Positions 60,385 to 64,000 of a stretch of 64,000 nt of DNA are shown in pieces (the first letter of the stretch is position 1; each line of letters begins with the position of its first letter). The position numbers and the translations under genes were made by a program. A model generated the notes under the pieces. That model was given only the letters and a program-made list of their open reading frames with translations. It had not been told where the DNA came from and did no database searches. Source of the stretch: Anaerolineae bacterium. GTDB lineage: Bacteria; Chloroflexota; Anaerolineae; S140-20. Location of the stretch: positions 8,211 to 72,210 of the forward strand of contig JALUTT010000010.1 of assembly GCA_027021705.1 (NCBI GenBank), in the 5' to 3' direction.

Positions 60385-63300
60385 ATGACGTTGCCGGCAG
60401 ACTTTCTCTCCAACCTGGCCGTTGAACTGGTCGCCGACCTCCTCAAGGCCGGCGCCGGCCGGCTGCGCGACGCCGCCTTCGGCGATGCCGAGACCCAGGC
60501 CCTGGGCCGCGCCTGGGAGAGGGCCTTCCAGACGATGCTGGAGGAGGTCGCCGCCGATTTGGAGGAGGACCGGGCCGGGCTGGTGGGCGACCTCTTCCGG
60601 GAGTTCGTCCGGGCCGAGGGGGTGGCCGACGCCCTCCTCGACCTGGCGCTGGAGGGGCGGGAGCCGCCGCTGGAGGCGCTGCGCACCCGCTTCGACGAGA
60701 TGGACTTCGACCGGGAGACGCTGCCGGTGGACTTCGACGCCGCCCTGACCGCCCTCACCCGGGGCCTGGCCGATGCCCTGTGGGAGGCGGCGGCCAGGCC
60801 GGAGAGCCCCCTCCACAACCGGGTCAGCCTGGTGCGCGTGGCGGTGATCCACGAGCTGCTGCGGGAGCAGCGCGGCACGCTGGAGACCATCGCCGCGACG
60901 GTGGCCCGCCTGGAGGCCCGACTGGGCGCGGCCAAGTACAACCTGATCTTCCTCGGCCCCGTCAGCGGGATCGGGGTGGGCGACAGGGCGATCGTCACCG
61001 CGCTGCCCCCCGACCTGCGCCCTCTCCTGGAGCGGGCCCTGGCCCTGCTGACCGACCTGGCGGCCTCCCGCCAACCCCCGCCCTACACCGAGGCCGACCT
61101 GACCGCCTACCTCCAGGCCGTCGTGCGCGAGTGCGCCACCGTCCAACTCCCCTACGCCCAGGAGGGGCAGGCCAGCCTCCCCCTGGAGCGGATCTACGTC
61201 GCCCTCCGGGCCGACCGCTCCTCCCCCGCCGAGCGGAAGGCCAGTTACCGGTTGATGCAGCGGCTGGCCCGGGAGCGGGAGGTGTTCCGACCGGGGCAGG
61301 TTGAGGGGCAGGTCCTCCACCGCCTGGCCCTCCTCGACCCTTACGCCGCCCGCTACCTGCTCTACGATCCCGACCGGTGGGGAGAGCTGCTGCAGGCGAT
61401 GGGGGAGGGGCGGGAGCGCACCTACCACCTGGCCGAGCTGGTCCGCCGCCACCGCTGGCTGGTCCTCCTGGGCGACCCCGGCAGCGGCAAGACCACCCTG
61501 GCCCGCTGGCTGGCCCTCCAACTGGCCCGCGCCCTCCAGGAGGGACGGGAGGAGGTGGAGGTTCCCGGCGACCACGTCCGCCCCGACGCCGAGGCGGGGA
61601 GCCGGGAGCCCCTCGGCCCCGCCCGCCTGCCCATCCTGGTGCGGATCGCCGACTACGCCGCCGCCCGCTGGCCCAGGCCGGGGGAGGATACCCCCCTGCC
61701 GCTGCTCAACTACCTGGGGCGGCACCTCCAGGGGAGGCTCCGGCCCGGCCGCCGCCCCGAGGCCGTCCACGCCCTGCTCCGGGACTACCTGGTCGCCGGG
61801 CGGGTGACGCTCATCCTGGACGGCCTGGACGAGGTGACCAACCCGGACCAGCGACAGGCCGTCGTCGCCGAGATCGAGGACCTGATCCGAGATTGGGTGC
61901 GGGACGCCCGCGGTCGTTCCCCCCTGGACCCCGGCTACCTCCCCGCGCCGGACGGGCCGGGGGACGGGAACCAGATCATCGTCACCAGCCGCATCGTCGG
62001 CTACCACCTGCGCCCCCTCCACGAGAACCTGCCCCACTTCGTCATCCAGCCGATGGACGACACCGCCGTGCGCCGCTTCTGCCACAACTGGGCGGCGGCC
62101 ACCGGCGCGCCGGAGCAGGCCGACGCCCTGGCGAAAGCGATCCTGAAGCACCCCAACCCCCACGTGCGGGAGCAGATGGCCCGCAACCCCCTCCTCCTCA
62201 CCATCCTGGCCCAGGTCTTCGGGGAGGACCCCGAGGAGGGGCTGCCCGCCCGACGGGCCGAACTCTACCGCCGGGCCACGCGGGCCGTCTTCGGGCAGCG
62301 GCAGGACCGGTGGGGGAGGCTGGTCCAGGCGGTGGGTGGGCCGGACCCGGCCAAGGCCCTGGAGCGGCTCCTGACCCGGATCACCGCCTGCGTCGCCTTC
62401 CACCTCCACGCCAACCCCGACTACCCCGCCGCCCTGGCCGACGGGCCGAGCGTCCGCCGCTGGCTGCGGGAGACGTTGGCGGGGGAGCTGGTGGAGGATT
62501 TCCTGGCGGCGGCGGCCCACCTGAGCGGCTTCTTCGTCGCCCGGGGCGAGGGGGTCTACGGCTTCCTGCACCGGCAGTTCCAGGAGTACTTCGCCGCCCT
62601 CCACCTGGTGGAGGAGGCGAAGGGCCGGGAGGGGCCGGGGCGCTGGCAGCCCTTCTTCGAGCGGTTGGGCGACCCCAACTGGCGGGAGGTGCTGCTGCTG
62701 ACGGTGGGGGCGGTGGAGGCGGACGAGGAACTGGGCCGCCGAGAGGCGGTCCGGCTGGTCGAGGCGGTGCTGGAGGCCGACGACCTCACCGGCGGGCTGC
62801 TCCCCCACAACCTCCTCTTCGCCGCCGCCGCGCTGCGGGAGGTGGAACGGCCCGACGCCGACCTGGTGCGCCGGGTGGCCGAGGGGCTGATCGCGGCCTA
62901 CCGCCGGGACGACGAGGCCCGCTTCCAAGTGTTGCACGAGCGGGTGGAGCGGGCCTTCGCCGCCCTCCCCCGCCGCCTGGGCCGCCGCGACCCCGTGGGG
63001 GAGGCGTTGTGTGCGGCGTTGACCCACCCTCCCCGCTCCGACCGTCCGAGGGCGGGCTCCCGGAGGGCCGGGGAGGGAGGGGCGGGTTCCCGCCTCACCC
63101 GCCTGGCCGCCGCCGAACTGGTGGTGCGATCCGAGTGGTGCACCCGCGAGGTGGCCCGGGCCCTGGCCCGGGCCTGGCGGGAGCACCCGGAGCCGGCAGC
63201 GACGCTCCTGGTGGCCCTTCAGAAGGTCTACGACGCCCACCCGGACCACTTCTCCCCCGCCTTCCTCCCCTTCCGCCGGGCGGTGGAGGGGGAGCCGGAG

Positions 63301-64000
63301 CTGTGGGCGCGGGTGGAGGCGCACCCCCACTGGCGGGCCGTCGTCCGCGCCCTCTACCTGGCCCCTTGGGCCGACCTGGAGGCGGCGGCCATCGTCCGCG
63401 ATTCCCCCCTGACGGACGACCTGCTCCCCCTGCTGCGGGGGAGGCCGGAGGAGCGCGAGGGGCTGCTGGCGTTGCTCTGGGCCCGTTTCGAGGTGGCAGG
63501 GGAGGACGACCTCCTGGGGCGGGACGCCGGCCTGGCCCTGGCCCACCTGGAGGAGGGGCGGCTGGCTGCCCTCTTGGCGGGGGGCAGCGAGGATCGCCCG
63601 CCGGCGCGGGCGATCCTCGCCGCAGCATTCCTTGACCTCGCCCTCGCCCTCGCCCTCGCCCTCGCCCTCGCCCTCGACCGCGCCCTCGCCCGCGCCCTCG
63701 CCCTCGCCCTCGCCCGCGACCTCGACCTCGACCTCGACCTCGCCCTCGCCCTCGACCTCGACCTCGCCCTCGACCTCGCCCTCGACCTCGCCCTCGCCCA
63801 CGCCCTCGCCCTCGCCCGCGCCCTCGCCCGCGACCTCGCCCTCGCCCTCGCCCGCGACCTCGACCTCGACCTCGCCCGCGACCTCGACCTCGACCGCGCC
63901 CGCGCCCACGACCTCGCCCTCGCCCGCGCCCTCGACCTCGCTCCCGACCTCGACCGCGCCCGCGCCCGCGCCCTCGACCGCGCCCGCGCCCTCGGCCTCG
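60385..64000 (+). CDS. NACHT-domain (NLR-like STAND) NTPase, runs off window end
   Basis: ATG 60385 after ggag; Walker A GDPGSGKT (61471), Walker B LILDGLDE (61810), 'VTSR', 'NPLLL', 'FLHRQFQEY', 'WREV'; no stop in window. Confidence 0.93.
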   Translation, partial: MTLPADFLSNLAVELVADLLKAGAGRLRDAAFGDAETQALGRAWERAFQTMLEEVAADLEEDRAGLVGDLFREFVRAEGVADALLDLALEGREPPLEALRTRFDEMDFDRETLPVDFDAALTALTRGLADALWEAAARPESPLHNRVSLVRVAVIHELLREQRGTLETIAATVARLEARLGAAKYNLIFLGPVSGIGVGDRAIVTALPPDLRPLLERALALLTDLAASRQPPPYTEADLTAYLQAVVRECATVQLPYAQEGQASLPLERIYVALRADRSSPAERKASYRLMQRLAREREVFRPGQVEGQVLHRLALLDPYAARYLLYDPDRWGELLQAMGEGRERTYHLAELVRRHRWLVLLGDPGSGKTTLARWLALQLARALQEGREEVEVPGDHVRPDAEAGSREPLGPARLPILVRIADYAAARWPRPGEDTPLPLLNYLGRHLQGRLRPGRRPEAVHALLRDYLVAGRVTLILDGLDEVTNPDQRQAVVAEIEDLIRDWVRDARGRSPLDPGYLPAPDGPGDGNQIIVTSRIVGYHLRPLHENLPHFVIQPMDDTAVRRFCHNWAAATGAPEQADALAKAILKHPNPHVREQMARNPLLLTILAQVFGEDPEEGLPARRAELYRRATRAVFGQRQDRWGRLVQAVGGPDPAKALERLLTRITACVAFHLHANPDYPAALADGPSVRRWLRETLAGELVEDFLAAAAHLSGFFVARGEGVYGFLHRQFQEYFAALHLVEEAKGREGPGRWQPFFERLGDPNWREVLLLTVGAVEADEELGRREAVRLVEAVLEADDLTGGLLPHNLLFAAAALREVERPDADLVRRVAEGLIAAYRRDDEARFQVLHERVERAFAALPRRLGRRDPVGEALCAALTHPPRSDRPRAGSRRAGEGGAGSRLTRLAAAELVVRSEWCTREVARALARAWREHPEPAATLLVALQKVYDAHPDHFSPAFLPFRRAVEGEPELWARVEAHPHWRAVVRALYLAPWADLEAAAIVRDSPLTDDLLPLLRGRPEEREGLLALLWARFEVAGEDDLLGRDAGLALAHLEEGRLAALLAGGSEDRPPARAILAAAFLDLALALALALALALDRALARALALALARDLDLDLDLALALDLDLALDLALDLALAHALALARALARDLALALARDLDLDLARDLDLDRARAHDLALARALDLAPDLDRARARALDRARALGL
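63634..64000 (+). repeat. Coding hexamer repeat G[C/A]CC[T/G]C encoding (A/D)(L/R) dipeptides
   Basis: gccctc/gacctc/gcccgc/gaccgc units give DLALALAL...DRALARALALALARDLDLDL... Confidence 0.92.

Noticed and set aside
59636..60425. Short repeated hydrophobic ORFs in the array (MWRLVLPSGLVRPFARFVPFALLVLLV...) as type I toxins
   Set aside because: No convincing RBS-start pairing, and hydrophobicity is explained by the 9-nt pyrimidine-rich periodicity; not fully excluded without Ribo-seq
60229..63909. 1226-aa minus-strand ORF with EGEV repeats
   Set aside because: Antisense shadow of the NACHT gene, which has all functional motifs on the plus strand

Overview
High-GC bacterial chromosomal segment, most likely Chloroflexota (Anaerolineae-like). 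This is inferred from 16S features, a C-terminal 'VFLPLV' surface-protein motif, DUF4058 and heptamer-repeat intergenic DNA. It holds a complete rrn operon (16S-tRNA-Ile-tRNA-Ala-23S-5S) and many housekeeping genes (metH partial, secG, lysS, greA, murA, cca-like, priA, gmk, tmk, bfr, nnr). The most unusual parts are: (1) a promoter followed by a 1.1-kb modular tandem array that leads into an NLR-like NACHT gene with a RHIM/amyloid-like linker motif and a C-terminal two-switch hexamer repeat; (2) an operon with a translin/TRAX-like RNase, a Cas4-like nuclease split into two membrane-anchored genes with no CRISPR nearby, a 1910-aa polytopic membrane protein, a four-helix-bundle gene enclosed by complementary heptamer arrays, and PrsW; (3) two candidate standalone sRNAs with their own promoters and terminators; (4) three families of small structured repeats, one biased to 5' leaders; (5) NrtR-type boxes before a nicotinamidase, an internal ITS promoter and a greA leader terminator. 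All calls come from reading the sequence by eye; no database searches were run.
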